From NCBI RefSeq assembly GCF_018381775.1, contig NZ_JAGZRH010000009.1, forward strand, positions 22,518 through 86,517: 64,000 nucleotides of DNA. Direction: 5' to 3'. Shown here one piece after another: positions 29,993 through 40,057 of this stretch. The stretch is from Veillonella sp. (GTDB taxonomy: Bacteria > Bacillota > Negativicutes > Veillonellales > Veillonellaceae). Position 1 is the first letter of the stretch, and every line of letters begins with the position of its first letter. The notes under the pieces were generated by a model that worked only from the letters and a program-made list of their open reading frames with translations, searched no databases and had not been told where the DNA came from. The translations under genes were made by a program, and so were the position numbers.

Positions 29993-30799
29993 GTGGTGAC
30001 AACGATGTTAGGTAAAACCTTATGTATTGGCGTTGGCTCGATGGGGGGCGCTTTATTGCGCGGTGCATTACAGCATGGCGTGTTGAAAGCAAGTGATACG
30101 CACATTCTAGTACGTCGCGAAGAACAATGTAAGGCTCTTACAGAGGAGCTTGGTGTAGTAGGTTTTACGACTATGCCTAATGTGCATGAGTACAATACTA
30201 TTCTCTTGGCTGTAAAACCACAAGTGTTACCATCTGTATTAGAGGCGTTAAAAGAAGTACCTTATGGGACTGTTATGATTTCCGTTGCTGCAGGTATCAC
30301 CTTAGATACTCTAGATGCAGCGATTCCGCAAGCTAACTGGTTTAGAGCTATGCCAAATACACCGGCTTCTATCGGTGCAGGCATGACGGCTCTTGCAGGG
30401 GATGATGTACATACAGACCTTGGTCGTGATGTTCAAGCCTTGTTTGAGGCTGTCGGCGAAGTGGCCGTGGTAAGCGAAGCCGATTTAGACCGCTTAGGCG
30501 CTTTATCTGGTGCGGGCCCTGGCTATATGTTCGTCATCCTCGATGCCTTAGCTGATGCGGGCGTTCGCATTGGTTTGCCTCGTCACTTGGCAATCAAGGC
30601 AGCGGCTCAAACAATGTACGGTGCTGGTAAGATGGCTCTTGAAAGTGGCAATCATCCAGCAGTACTACGAGATCAAGTAACAAGTCCAGGTGGCACGACC
30701 ATTGCCGGTATTGGTGCTATGGAAAAAGGTGGACTTCGCAGTGCTCTCCAAGACGGCGTAGTAGCATGTCTTGCTCGGTCGAATGAATTGGGGAAATAA
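29993..30799 (+). CDS. proC: pyrroline-5-carboxylate reductase
   Basis: NAD(P)-binding N-terminus plus ProC C-terminal dimerisation motif (…SPGGTTIAGI…). GTG start; the ATG at 30005 is an alternative. Confidence 0.85.
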   Translation: MVTTMLGKTLCIGVGSMGGALLRGALQHGVLKASDTHILVRREEQCKALTEELGVVGFTTMPNVHEYNTILLAVKPQVLPSVLEALKEVPYGTVMISVAAGITLDTLDAAIPQANWFRAMPNTPASIGAGMTALAGDDVHTDLGRDVQALFEAVGEVAVVSEADLDRLGALSGAGPGYMFVILDALADAGVRIGLPRHLAIKAAAQTMYGAGKMALESGNHPAVLRDQVTSPGGTTIAGIGAMEKGGLRSALQDGVVACLARSNELGK

Positions 30800-30801
30800 T
30801 T

Positions 30802-31587
30802 TTGGCAGATACTAGTAAATTAATTCGATATTTTGAAGCCAGTGGCAGTGGTGAGGAAGCTCGTCGCATGCTTGACTTGGCTGAGCAGGTTGTAAAAGGT
30901 CGCCCCTATCGCGTGGCGGACTTTACGAGCCCTGCAGGCCTTGTTATTGCAGACGCAATCAAGGCTAATTACCCACAGCTTATGGTTAAGACAGACGGTG
31001 GCTATGAAGGGGCGGAACGCATCCGCATTGCCTTTGTAGACAGCGACTTTAACGGTACTGTGGACATGGGCATTCGCGCCCTTAAGGTAAATTGGGACCC
31101 ACGGTTCCGATTGCTTACCCATCGCGATGTGCTTGGCTCATTAATGGGCCTTGGCATTGATCGCTCCAAATTTGGGGACGTCATCGTTCAACAAGGGGGC
31201 GCTCAAATTATGGTGGATGAAAGTGTAGCAGACTTTGTGATTCAAAACTTTACAAAAATTGCTATGGTTTCCGTATCTGTAGAGGCTATTGACCTATCAG
31301 ATATTGCACCAAAAGAAGAAAAAATTAAAGAGGTCCGCACTACAGTTGCTTCTTTGCGCTTAGATGCGGTAGCAAGTTCTGGTTTTAGCGTATCTCGTAC
31401 CAAATTGGTAAGCGCTATTAATGCAGGATTATTGCAAGTAAACTGGCAACCCGCTAAAGGGGCATCCCAAGAAGTTAAAGAAGGGGATATTATCTCTATG
31501 CGTGGTCGTGGCCGAATGAAGGTAGAAGCCATTACAGGTACATCTCGTAAGGGGCGTATCGGCGTATATCTGAAACGATTCATGTAG
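30802..31587 (+). CDS. ylmH: YlmH-like RNA-binding protein (S4 domain)
   Basis: C-terminal S4 domain (…LRLDAVASSGFSVSRTKLVSAINAGLLQVNW…). Probable TTG start. Confidence 0.65.
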   Translation: MADTSKLIRYFEASGSGEEARRMLDLAEQVVKGRPYRVADFTSPAGLVIADAIKANYPQLMVKTDGGYEGAERIRIAFVDSDFNGTVDMGIRALKVNWDPRFRLLTHRDVLGSLMGLGIDRSKFGDVIVQQGGAQIMVDESVADFVIQNFTKIAMVSVSVEAIDLSDIAPKEEKIKEVRTTVASLRLDAVASSGFSVSRTKLVSAINAGLLQVNWQPAKGASQEVKEGDIISMRGRGRMKVEAITGTSRKGRIGVYLKRFM

Positions 31588-31594
31588 GCAATTG

Positions 31595-31627
31595 AAAATC
31601 GGCTTGACCATCAAGCCGATTTTTTTA
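31595..31627 (+). terminator. rho-independent terminator after the ylm cluster
   Basis: AAAATCGGCTTG-accat-CAAGCCGATTTT followed by TTTTT. Confidence 0.85.
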
Positions 31628-31644
31628 TATATAGTAGGACAGCC

Positions 31645-32292
31645 ATGGTATCTATAACATTTCAACCTACAACTGAAGATACAATCCTATTCGTAGGCGG
31701 CGGGGAGGTCGCAGAGCGACGAATGCAGCTCTTTATTGATGAGCCGTGCAACATTGTCTTGATTGCTCCTACTGTAACAGATAAGATTTGCCAATGGGCA
31801 AAGGATGAGCGTATCACTTGGTACGACCGTGCTTTCACAATGGACGATGAAAATCTCATTATAACGGGCAGTTTGTTCTTTATCTGCACAGATAATGGTG
31901 AATTAAACGATATGTTATATGAGCTGGGGAAAAAACACCGCGTCTGGACTAATCGCAGTGATGACCCTAGGGCGTGCAGATTTACTGTGCCTTCATCCCT
32001 TGAACTAGGTGATCTTCACATCGCAATCAGTGCCAATAACGTAGGCCCTCGTATCAATCGTCTAGTAAGGCAAGATATGATGAATCGTTATGGTCAGTTG
32101 CAAAAGGCTATGCCTAGACTTAAAATATTTAGAGAAGAAGTAAAGTTACTACTTCCTACTCCAGAGGCTCGACAGAAATTTTGGCGAGACCATCTGACCG
32201 TAGAAACTTTTGAGGCCATTCTCAAGGGAGAGTGGACGACTATAGAGGAGAAACTTGACCATGAAATTAGTGGTATTAGGCCTAAATCATAG
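31645..32292 (+). CDS. sirC: precorrin-2 dehydrogenase / sirohydrochlorin ferrochelatase (siroheme synthase N-terminal domain family)
   Basis: Rossmann motif ILFVGGGEVAERR; about 215 aa. Located at the head of the hem cluster. Confidence 0.75.
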   Translation: MVSITFQPTTEDTILFVGGGEVAERRMQLFIDEPCNIVLIAPTVTDKICQWAKDERITWYDRAFTMDDENLIITGSLFFICTDNGELNDMLYELGKKHRVWTNRSDDPRACRFTVPSSLELGDLHIAISANNVGPRINRLVRQDMMNRYGQLQKAMPRLKIFREEVKLLLPTPEARQKFWRDHLTVETFEAILKGEWTTIEEKLDHEISGIRPKS

Positions 32293-33532
32293 AAGTGCCG
32301 CTGTTGAGGTACGTGAACGTTTCTCGTTTGATAAGGACGAGGTAGCTTCAGCACTAAACCGCCTCTATGAATTCGACTGTGTAGCAGAATGTGTTATTTT
32401 GTCTACATGCAATAGAACTGAAATTTATGCGGCCTTAGAAGGTGTAGAGTTCCCTAAAGAATATATGCTGGCTGTGTTAAAGGATTTAAAAGGTGCCGAC
32501 CACATCGATGAAGATGCCTTTTTCTTCTATGAAGAACGAGATTGTATTGAACATCTATTCCGTGTGTCTGCAAGCCTTGATTCCCTTGTGTTGGGGGAAG
32601 GTCAAATTTTGAGCCAATTAAAAGGGGCTTATATTCAGGCTTATAGCGCAGGTTGCACAGGCACAATTTTTAATATCTTATTCCAACGCGCTATTAGTGT
32701 TGGTAAAAAGGTACGGACGAACACAGGCATTGCTAATACGCCTGTATCTGTTAGCTACACTGCTGTTAATCTTGCTGAGGACAGCCTAGATAAACCATTA
32801 TCTGAAGCGACGGTACTCATCTTAGGTGCTGGTACCATGAGTGAGTTGACCGCAACGCACTTACAAGCAAAGGGCGTAAAAACGATTTTTGTATCCAATA
32901 GAACCTTTACGAAGGCAGAGGCTTTAGCAGAGCGATTTAATGGTAAAGCTGTTAAGCTAGATAACTTTGTAGATTACGCTAAAGATGCGGATATCCTCAT
33001 CACATCTACAGGGGCGCCGCACTATATTATTACTGAACGTGAAGCAAAGAAAATTACCTCCCTTCGCAAGGGTGAGCCAATCGTTATGATTGATATTGCG
33101 GTACCACGCGATATCGATCCTGCTGTAGCAGATATGGATGGTATTTATTTATTCAATATTGACTCCCTTGAAAGTGTAGTAGAAGAGAATAAGGCACAGC
33201 GCGAAGAGGAAGCTCGTCGTGCAGAGCCTATCATTCACGATGCTATTGAAGAATTATTGGATAAATTGAGCTATTTAACGGTGCGCCCTATGATGGCATT
33301 GCTTACTGAAAAAGCAGAACGCATTCGCCGTCGTGAATTGCATCGGGCATTAGCGAAATTACCTGATATTTCTGATAAAGAGCGTCGCATTATGGACTCT
33401 ATGAGTCGCATGATCATCCGCAAGATGTTGCGTGAACCGATGATTCACTTCAACGAAATCGCTGGTACAGAGGAAGAAGGTTTGTACTGGGATTTATTCA
33501 AAGATATGTTTAATCTTGAGAAAGAAGGCTAA
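32255..33532 (+). CDS. hemA: glutamyl-tRNA reductase
   Basis: …VLGLNHRSAAVEVRE…ILSTCNRTEIY… conserved catalytic Cys region. Overlaps the sirC 3' end. Confidence 0.9.
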   Translation: MTMKLVVLGLNHRSAAVEVRERFSFDKDEVASALNRLYEFDCVAECVILSTCNRTEIYAALEGVEFPKEYMLAVLKDLKGADHIDEDAFFFYEERDCIEHLFRVSASLDSLVLGEGQILSQLKGAYIQAYSAGCTGTIFNILFQRAISVGKKVRTNTGIANTPVSVSYTAVNLAEDSLDKPLSEATVLILGAGTMSELTATHLQAKGVKTIFVSNRTFTKAEALAERFNGKAVKLDNFVDYAKDADILITSTGAPHYIITEREAKKITSLRKGEPIVMIDIAVPRDIDPAVADMDGIYLFNIDSLESVVEENKAQREEEARRAEPIIHDAIEELLDKLSYLTVRPMMALLTEKAERIRRRELHRALAKLPDISDKERRIMDSMSRMIIRKMLREPMIHFNEIAGTEEEGLYWDLFKDMFNLEKEG

Positions 33533-33536
33533 TGCC

Positions 33537-34475
33537 ATGAGAGACCATATTCGAATCGGCACGCGAAAAAGTGCCCTTGCCCTATGGCAGGCTGAACATA
33601 TTAGTGCAGAGTTACAACGTCTGTACCCAAACATTACAGTAGAGCTTGTTCACTTTAATACAAAGGGTGACCGCATCTTAGAAAAACCACTAGCTCAAGT
33701 TGGTGGTAAAGGTTTATTTACTGCTGAGCTAGAAGAGGCAATGCATAAAGGCGATATCGATATCGCTGTACATAGCTTGAAAGATATGCCTACAGAGTTG
33801 CCAGAAGGTCTTACTTTAGGCGCTATTTCAGCCCGTGAAGTGCCTTACGATGCACTTGTAAGCCCTGTGTATAAAACATTAGATAAATTGCCTGAAGGGG
33901 CTCGCGTCGGTACAAGTAGCTTGCGTCGTCAAGCGCAATTATTGCATGTGAGACCAGATCTTCAGGTCGAGGTGATTCGCGGTAATGTACAAACTCGTTT
34001 AAGCAAGATTGAAACAGAAAAACTAGATGGCGTTATCTTGGCGCAAGCTGGTCTTAAACGATTGGGCTTAGATGACCAAATTACACAAGTGTTTAAAGCT
34101 GATGAAATGATTCCTGCCGTTGGTCAAGGCGCTCTCGCTATCGAGTGCCGCGCTAACGATACGGAAATGCTTGAAATGCTAGCTCCTATTAACGACGTAG
34201 ATACTCGCTATGCCGTTGAAGGGGAGCGCAGCTTCTTGCGTCAGCTAAATGGTGGTTGCCAAGTGCCGATGGGGGTACATGGTACTATCAATAAAGGTCA
34301 ATTGACCTTAAAGGCCATGATTGCGTCCCTCGACGGTAAAACGGTATACGAAGGAGAAATTTCTGGCCCAGCGAAAAAAGCTGAAATTCTTGGTAAAAAC
34401 CTTGCAAAAGCCTTATATGAAGAAGGTGGCAAACATATTGTGGATGCTCTCATAGAGGAAGGAATCATAAAATGA
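33537..34475 (+). CDS. hemC: hydroxymethylbilane synthase (porphobilinogen deaminase)
   Basis: …IRIGTRKSALALWQAE…; about 312 aa. The ATG at 33537 is preceded by AAGAAGG; the track's upstream TTG was rejected. Confidence 0.9.
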   Translation: MRDHIRIGTRKSALALWQAEHISAELQRLYPNITVELVHFNTKGDRILEKPLAQVGGKGLFTAELEEAMHKGDIDIAVHSLKDMPTELPEGLTLGAISAREVPYDALVSPVYKTLDKLPEGARVGTSSLRRQAQLLHVRPDLQVEVIRGNVQTRLSKIETEKLDGVILAQAGLKRLGLDDQITQVFKADEMIPAVGQGALAIECRANDTEMLEMLAPINDVDTRYAVEGERSFLRQLNGGCQVPMGVHGTINKGQLTLKAMIASLDGKTVYEGEISGPAKKAEILGKNLAKALYEEGGKHIVDALIEEGIIK

Positions 34476-35980
34476 CAGGTATGGTATATCTAATTGGTGC
34501 AGGCCCTGGCGATGTTAAGCTCATCACTGTAAAAGGTCGCGAATGCATTGAAAAAGCAGATGTAATTGTATATGACTATTTAGCAGATGCTCATTTGTTA
34601 GAATGGGCTCGCCCAGATGCAGAGTTGATCTACGCTGGTAAACAATGTAAAGATCACACAATGCACCAATGGGAAATCAACGAGTTATTAGTTCAAAAAG
34701 GTAAAGAAGGCAAAATCGTGGCTCGCTTAAAAGGCGGAGATCCACTCGTATTTGGCCGTGGTGGTGAAGAGGCTATGGCCCTTGGTGAAGCTGGTGTACC
34801 ATTTGAATTTGTACCTGGTGTAACCTCTCCAATTGCAGCACCTGCTTATGCTGGTATTCCTGTAACACAACGTGCTATGGCTACATCCTTTGCGGTTGTA
34901 ACAGGCCATGAAGATCCAACTAAAGCCGTATCTGGCATTCATTGGGAAGGCCTTGCCACAGCAGTTGATACACTTTGCTTTGTTATGGGTGTTGGCAATT
35001 TGCCTACCATTGCAGAAAAATTGATGGCTCACGGTCGCCCAGCTAATACACCGGTAGCGCTTGTTCGTTGGGGTACAAAAACAGTTCAGGAGGTTCTCGT
35101 ATCTACTCTTGAACATGTAGTAGAAGACGTAGAAAAGGCACAACTAAAAGCGCCAGCTATTATCGTAGTAGGCGATGTAGTTAACCTTCGTGAAAAATTA
35201 CAATGGTTCGATAACAAACCGCTATTTGGTAAAACTGTTGTTGTGACACGCGCTCGCTCCCAAGCTAGTGCATTCCGCGAAAAATTAGCAGCTCAAGGTG
35301 CTAATGTAGTAGAAGCGGCAGCAATTAAGACATCTCCATTAGAGTTGTTTGATGAAGATCGTCGCATCATCAATAATACAAAACAATACCAATGCATCGT
35401 ATTCACATCTGGTGAAGGGGTTCGTTACTTCTTCGATGCTCTTTATAAAGAGGGCAAGGATACACGTGCTTTAGGTAACTCTAAAGTGGCAGCTATCGGC
35501 TGTGCTACGGCTCGTGAGCTTCAAAAATATGGTATCGTTCCAGATATTATTCCTACAGATTACAAAGCTGAATCTGCTGTAGAGGCTCTTGAAGAAGAAC
35601 TCAAAGCAGGCGATTCCGTATTGCTCATCCAACCAAAAGTAGCTCGAGATGTAATTCCGCGCTCTTTGCGTCATCACGATATAGATGTAGATATTTTGCG
35701 TTTATATGAAACGACACAAGATACATCTCAACAAGAAGCATTAATCAATGCATTAACTGCAGGTACTGTAGACTACATTACGTTTACAAGTTCCTCTACA
35801 GTAACTAATACAATCCAATTATTGGGCGATGATGCATTGAAACTATTAGGCAATACTAAGATTGCTTGCATCGGACCTATCACAGCTGCTACAGCTATGA
35901 GTGCAGGTCTTAAACCAGCTGTTATCAGCGATGTATATACAACTGATGGCTTGGTAAATGCTATTGTAAAGGACATTTAG
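34472..35980 (+). CDS. cobA: bifunctional uroporphyrinogen-III C-methyltransferase / uroporphyrinogen-III synthase
   Basis: N-terminal SAM methyltransferase motif VYLIGAGPGD, C-terminal HemD domain, and an ATGA overlap with hemC. Confidence 0.9.
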   Translation: MTGMVYLIGAGPGDVKLITVKGRECIEKADVIVYDYLADAHLLEWARPDAELIYAGKQCKDHTMHQWEINELLVQKGKEGKIVARLKGGDPLVFGRGGEEAMALGEAGVPFEFVPGVTSPIAAPAYAGIPVTQRAMATSFAVVTGHEDPTKAVSGIHWEGLATAVDTLCFVMGVGNLPTIAEKLMAHGRPANTPVALVRWGTKTVQEVLVSTLEHVVEDVEKAQLKAPAIIVVGDVVNLREKLQWFDNKPLFGKTVVVTRARSQASAFREKLAAQGANVVEAAAIKTSPLELFDEDRRIINNTKQYQCIVFTSGEGVRYFFDALYKEGKDTRALGNSKVAAIGCATARELQKYGIVPDIIPTDYKAESAVEALEEELKAGDSVLLIQPKVARDVIPRSLRHHDIDVDILRLYETTQDTSQQEALINALTAGTVDYITFTSSSTVTNTIQLLGDDALKLLGNTKIACIGPITAATAMSAGLKPAVISDVYTTDGLVNAIVKDI

Positions 35981-35989
35981 GAGGATTAC

Positions 35990-36964
35990 ATGTACGATTT
36001 AACATACCGTCCTCGCCGCTTGCGTATCAATCCAGAAATGCGTGATTTGGTACGGGAAACGACACTCGACGTAACTGATTTAATTTATCCATTATTTATC
36101 GTTCCTGGTGAAGGTATCAAAAAGGAAATCGATACGTTGCCAGGCCAATACCACTTATCCGTTGATGAAGCTGTAAAAATGGCTCAACAGGTATATGATC
36201 TTGGTATTCTTGGCGTAGAAATCTTCGGTATTCCTACATATAAGGACGAACAAGGTTCCTCTGCATGGGATATGTCCCAACCTGTACAACAAGCTATCAA
36301 AGCCATCCGTGCAGCTGTGCCAAACCTATTGGTGGTAGCTGATGTGTGCTTGTGCCAATACACAACAACAGGCCATTGTGGCATGATTGATGATCATGAA
36401 ATCTTAAATGATGAAACATTGCCATTGCTTTGTAAAGTAGCGGTAAGCCAAGCAGAAGCAGGTGCTCATATGGTGGCTCCATCCGATATGATGGATGGCC
36501 GTGTAGGTGCTATCCGTGAAGCCCTTGATGCGGCAGGCTATACTAATGTATCTATTATGAGCTATGCTGCAAAATACGCATCTGCATACTATGGTCCGTT
36601 CCGTGGTGCCGTTAACTCTGCACCTAAATTTGGGGACCGCAAATCCTATCAAATGGACCCAGCTAATCGATTGGAAGCTTTCAGAGAAATCGAACTCGAT
36701 ATCGCTGAAGGTGCAGATATTATCATGATTAAACCAGCCTTGTCCTATTTGGATATCGTTCGTGAAACACGTGACCGCTATGAATTACCTGTAGCTGTAT
36801 ACAATGTATCTGGCGAATATGCGATGGTTAAATCCGCTGCTGCAGCTGGTCTTATCGACGAAGAACGCCTCGTTATGGAAACAATGCTTTCTATGAAGCG
36901 CGCCGGTGCTAAAATTATCATTACGTACCATGCTATAGATATTGCTAAATGGTTACAAAAGTAA
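35990..36964 (+). CDS. hemB: porphobilinogen synthase (delta-aminolevulinate dehydratase)
   Basis: …YRPRRLR…, an active-site Lys region and the Cys-rich Zn site DVCLCQYTTTGHCG. Confidence 0.95.
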   Translation: MYDLTYRPRRLRINPEMRDLVRETTLDVTDLIYPLFIVPGEGIKKEIDTLPGQYHLSVDEAVKMAQQVYDLGILGVEIFGIPTYKDEQGSSAWDMSQPVQQAIKAIRAAVPNLLVVADVCLCQYTTTGHCGMIDDHEILNDETLPLLCKVAVSQAEAGAHMVAPSDMMDGRVGAIREALDAAGYTNVSIMSYAAKYASAYYGPFRGAVNSAPKFGDRKSYQMDPANRLEAFREIELDIAEGADIIMIKPALSYLDIVRETRDRYELPVAVYNVSGEYAMVKSAAAAGLIDEERLVMETMLSMKRAGAKIIITYHAIDIAKWLQK

Positions 36965-36973
36965 GGAGAAACC

Positions 36974-38278
36974 ATGTTCCAACTCGGTAAATCTGAAAAG
37001 GCCTTTGAAGAGGCTAAACGTTATATGCCAGGCGGCGTAAACAGTCCAGTTCGTTCCTACCGCAGTGTAGGTTCTAACCCTCCGTTTATTAGCAGCGCTA
37101 GCGGTAGCCGTATTTATGATATCGACAACAACGAATACATTGACTATGTGTTGAGCTGGGGCCCTATGATTTTGGGCCATGCGAACCCTGAAGTTATTGC
37201 TAGCTTGCAAGAGGCGATTCCTCGCGGCACTAGTTATGGTGCGCCTACACTACTAGAAACAGAATTGGCTAAAAAGGTACAAGCCTTCATGCCATCTATG
37301 GAGGTTATCCGCCTCGTTAACTCTGGTACAGAGGCGACTATGAGTGCTTTGCGCGTGGCTCGTGGCTATACTGGTCGCGATCGTATCGTGAAATTCGTTG
37401 GCTGTTACCATGGTCATAGCGATGCACTTTTGGTAAAAGCTGGCTCTGGCCTTGCTACCTTCGGTGTACCAGATAGCCCTGGCGTTCCACAAGGTGTAGC
37501 AGAAAATACAATTACTTTGCCGTACAATGACTCTGATGCGGTTCGCAAGCTATTCGACGAGATCGGCGATACTATTGCGGCTATCATCGTAGAACCTGTA
37601 GCAGGTAATATGGGCTGTGTGCCTCCAGAACCAGGCTTCCTTGAAACCTTGCGCGAAGTGACTAAGGCTCATGGCGCAGTGTTGATCTTTGACGAAGTTA
37701 TGTGTGGTTTCCGCGCTAGCAGTGGCGGTGCACAAAAACGTTATAACATCAAACCTGACCTTACATGTTTAGGTAAAATCGTTGGCGGTGGCATGCCACT
37801 TGCTGTATTTGGTGGCTCTCGTGAGATTATGAACCAAATTGCGCCAGCTGGTCCTATTTACCAAGCCGGTACATTAAGCGGTAACCCGATTGCCGTTACC
37901 TCTGGTCTTGCAACTCTTTCTATTTTGCAACGGGATCCAACTATTTTCAAACAAGTAGAAGATGCAACTATTGCCCTTTGTGAAGGATTTGAACGCTTGG
38001 CAGCTCAATACAATGTGCCTGTTGTAGTACAACGGGTAGGCTCCATGTTCACAATCTTCTTCACTGATAAACCAGTTAAGAACTTTGATGATGCAGCAGC
38101 GTGCAACGAAGAACAATTCAAAATGTTCTTCCATCATAACTTGAGCCATGGTATTTACTATGCGCCAAGCCCTTATGAAAGTAACTTTGTATCTATCTGT
38201 CATAAGAGCAGTGAAATCGAACGCACATTAGCCGTAGCTGATGAAGCTTTCAAAAAAATCAGTGATACACTACTATAA
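36974..38278 (+). CDS. hemL: glutamate-1-semialdehyde 2,1-aminomutase
   Basis: Class-III aminotransferase with …LIFDEVMCGFR… (PLP-Lys region); 434 aa. Confidence 0.95.
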   Translation: MFQLGKSEKAFEEAKRYMPGGVNSPVRSYRSVGSNPPFISSASGSRIYDIDNNEYIDYVLSWGPMILGHANPEVIASLQEAIPRGTSYGAPTLLETELAKKVQAFMPSMEVIRLVNSGTEATMSALRVARGYTGRDRIVKFVGCYHGHSDALLVKAGSGLATFGVPDSPGVPQGVAENTITLPYNDSDAVRKLFDEIGDTIAAIIVEPVAGNMGCVPPEPGFLETLREVTKAHGAVLIFDEVMCGFRASSGGAQKRYNIKPDLTCLGKIVGGGMPLAVFGGSREIMNQIAPAGPIYQAGTLSGNPIAVTSGLATLSILQRDPTIFKQVEDATIALCEGFERLAAQYNVPVVVQRVGSMFTIFFTDKPVKNFDDAAACNEEQFKMFFHHNLSHGIYYAPSPYESNFVSICHKSSEIERTLAVADEAFKKISDTLL

Positions 38279-38327
38279 AAATGAGTGATACTCTACTATA
38301 AAAATCAGTGATACATTATTATAAAAT
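38260..38327 (+). repeat. three tandem copies (23/23/22 bp) of the hemL 3' terminus, each keeping (I/M)SDTLL-stop coding capacity
   Basis: R1 38260-38282 overlaps the last hemL codons and stop; R2 38283-38305; R3 38306-38327. Differences between copies are synonymous only (aca/act, cta/tta). Confidence 0.75.
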
Positions 38328-38369
38328 ATATAGTTTGTAGTTGTTTATGTATCGATGTAGGTGATGAAC

Positions 38370-38831
38370 ATGCAGTTTTATAAGAACTTAAAGCGTGCTC
38401 GCGTGCGCATGGGCAAAAGCCAAATCGAAGTAGCAAAGGCCGTAGGTATCAGTAATGCGGCGCTTTCAAATTACGAAACAGGGTATCGCGAACCAGATTT
38501 AGATACACTCTGTGCCCTGTCTCGCTATTATGGATTGACCTTGGATGAGCTGCTAGATGTAAATGGAGAACAACATGAGCCCATCTATGATCTCAGTCCT
38601 GTACTCAAAAATAAATACATCGCCTATAAAGGTGAAGTATTTGAGTTGAAAGACTCACAAAAACGTGCGCTCTTGCGCGAGCTAGATAATTTATTTACTA
38701 AATTTGAGAAATCAAAGGTAGAAGATAAAAGTAGTAAGCCAAAAACGTACAAACATGGAAACCCACATATCAATCGGGCTGGCCTAGCGAGCAGTGCTGG
38801 TAGTTTAGCGGCACGACGGAATATAAAGTAG
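38370..38831 (+). CDS. XRE-family helix-turn-helix transcriptional regulator
   Basis: HTH …MGKSQIEVAKAVGISNAALSNYETGYREP… AGGTGA RBS 6 nt before the ATG at 38370; the track's GTG at 38361 is an alternative. Confidence 0.75.
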   Translation: MQFYKNLKRARVRMGKSQIEVAKAVGISNAALSNYETGYREPDLDTLCALSRYYGLTLDELLDVNGEQHEPIYDLSPVLKNKYIAYKGEVFELKDSQKRALLRELDNLFTKFEKSKVEDKSSKPKTYKHGNPHINRAGLASSAGSLAARRNIK

Positions 38832-38886
38832 TTTAATATATTACTTTGTATATTGAGGGCTTTCCTTAACTCACACAATTTAAAAC

Positions 38887-38950
38887 AAAAGCACCATCTA
38901 TCTTAGGGGAAACGATACATACGTTGGATCCAGGTAGATGGTGCTTTTTA
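38887..38950. terminator. long hairpin (GCACCATCTA…TAGATGGTGC) with a nested stem and flanking A/T runs; a bidirectional-terminator-like element at the island edge
   Basis: 10-bp perfect stem around a 34-nt loop that contains AACG…CGTT, followed by TTTTTATT. Confidence 0.55.
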
Positions 38951-39113
38951 TTATATTCATTTAAATACTTAAGTTATAGACTAAGTCGTTTTATTCTCAA
39001 AAAATAAATAAAAGATAACAATATTAAAATATCAGTTGGTGATATAAGTTGGTTTAATATATAATTAAAATATAGAAGTAAATTGAATATTTAGTGGTCT
39101 TATAGGAGACATT

Positions 39114-39542
39114 ATGAAAGTATGGAGCGGTGTAAAATCTATATTAGATCGAACACCTTTTAGGGTTAAATTTTATATTGGTTTTATCTTGATGGCATTC
39201 TTCATAATGGGACTTGTTACTTTACTTGCGTATATTAATAGACCGGGACAAATACAAAAACTAACAGTATATGAGCAAAAGTTAGCAGCTATATCGACGT
39301 ATAAAGTAAGTGAAGAGCATTTTGCTACAGGTAGAAACGGGCAAATTTATGTTTTTAAAAATACATATAAACGTGTTACTTTGGAATCGGTAAAGAATAT
39401 ACTTTCAGAAGAAAAGATAAACTGGCGTGAAGTAAATAAGAGTCACATTATAGGATATGATTTAGATGATAATATTTGGGTTGATATTACTCATGATATA
39501 AACACAAAGGCTATCATCGTTAAATTAGAAAAAGACCGATAA
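39114..39542 (+). CDS. hypothetical membrane-anchored protein (N-terminal TM, about 100-aa extracytoplasmic domain)
   Basis: AGGAG RBS. AT-rich (low-GC island). No recognisable domain. Confidence 0.5.
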   Translation: MKVWSGVKSILDRTPFRVKFYIGFILMAFFIMGLVTLLAYINRPGQIQKLTVYEQKLAAISTYKVSEEHFATGRNGQIYVFKNTYKRVTLESVKNILSEEKINWREVNKSHIIGYDLDDNIWVDITHDINTKAIIVKLEKDR

Positions 39543-39597
39543 TTAAAGCTTGTATTTATTATGTATTATCTAAACTATAAGGAGATTCAGTATATAA

Positions 39598-39846
39598 ATG
39601 GAGTTCATTGATTCTTTACTAAATTTATATAATACAAATTATGAGGTTAGCGGTGCAATTCAAGCTATAGGTCTTACTATTGCGTTTATTTGTATTCCTG
39701 AGTTGATTGGGAATCATGATAGCATAGAATCTTTTGCTCCTGCTAAGCCTATAGTGAGACGTGTAGTAAGGATTATTTTGTGTATCTTATTATTTTTCGA
39801 AATATTTACTTTGTTGGGATTGCTGATGGATAATGGACTATTATAG
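39598..39846 (+). CDS. hypothetical small membrane protein (82 aa, 2 TM)
   Basis: AAGGAG RBS and two hydrophobic helices. Confidence 0.4.
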   Translation: MEFIDSLLNLYNTNYEVSGAIQAIGLTIAFICIPELIGNHDSIESFAPAKPIVRRVVRIILCILLFFEIFTLLGLLMDNGLL

Positions 39847-40057
39847 TCTGAATTTAATGAGTCAAATTAAATTTAATATAGGGCGAGACTATTGTATTTA
39901 GTGGATGAAATTAATTAAGTCTATCAATGTAGTTGTGACTCACGTGGTTTTTACCTTTATTATATACATTAACTTCTAGTGGTGAGGTATCTTTGGAGCT
40001 AACTTATGTAGATAAATGATTTTAAGTTCGTTGATGAAATTGATTGGATGAGCTTTC

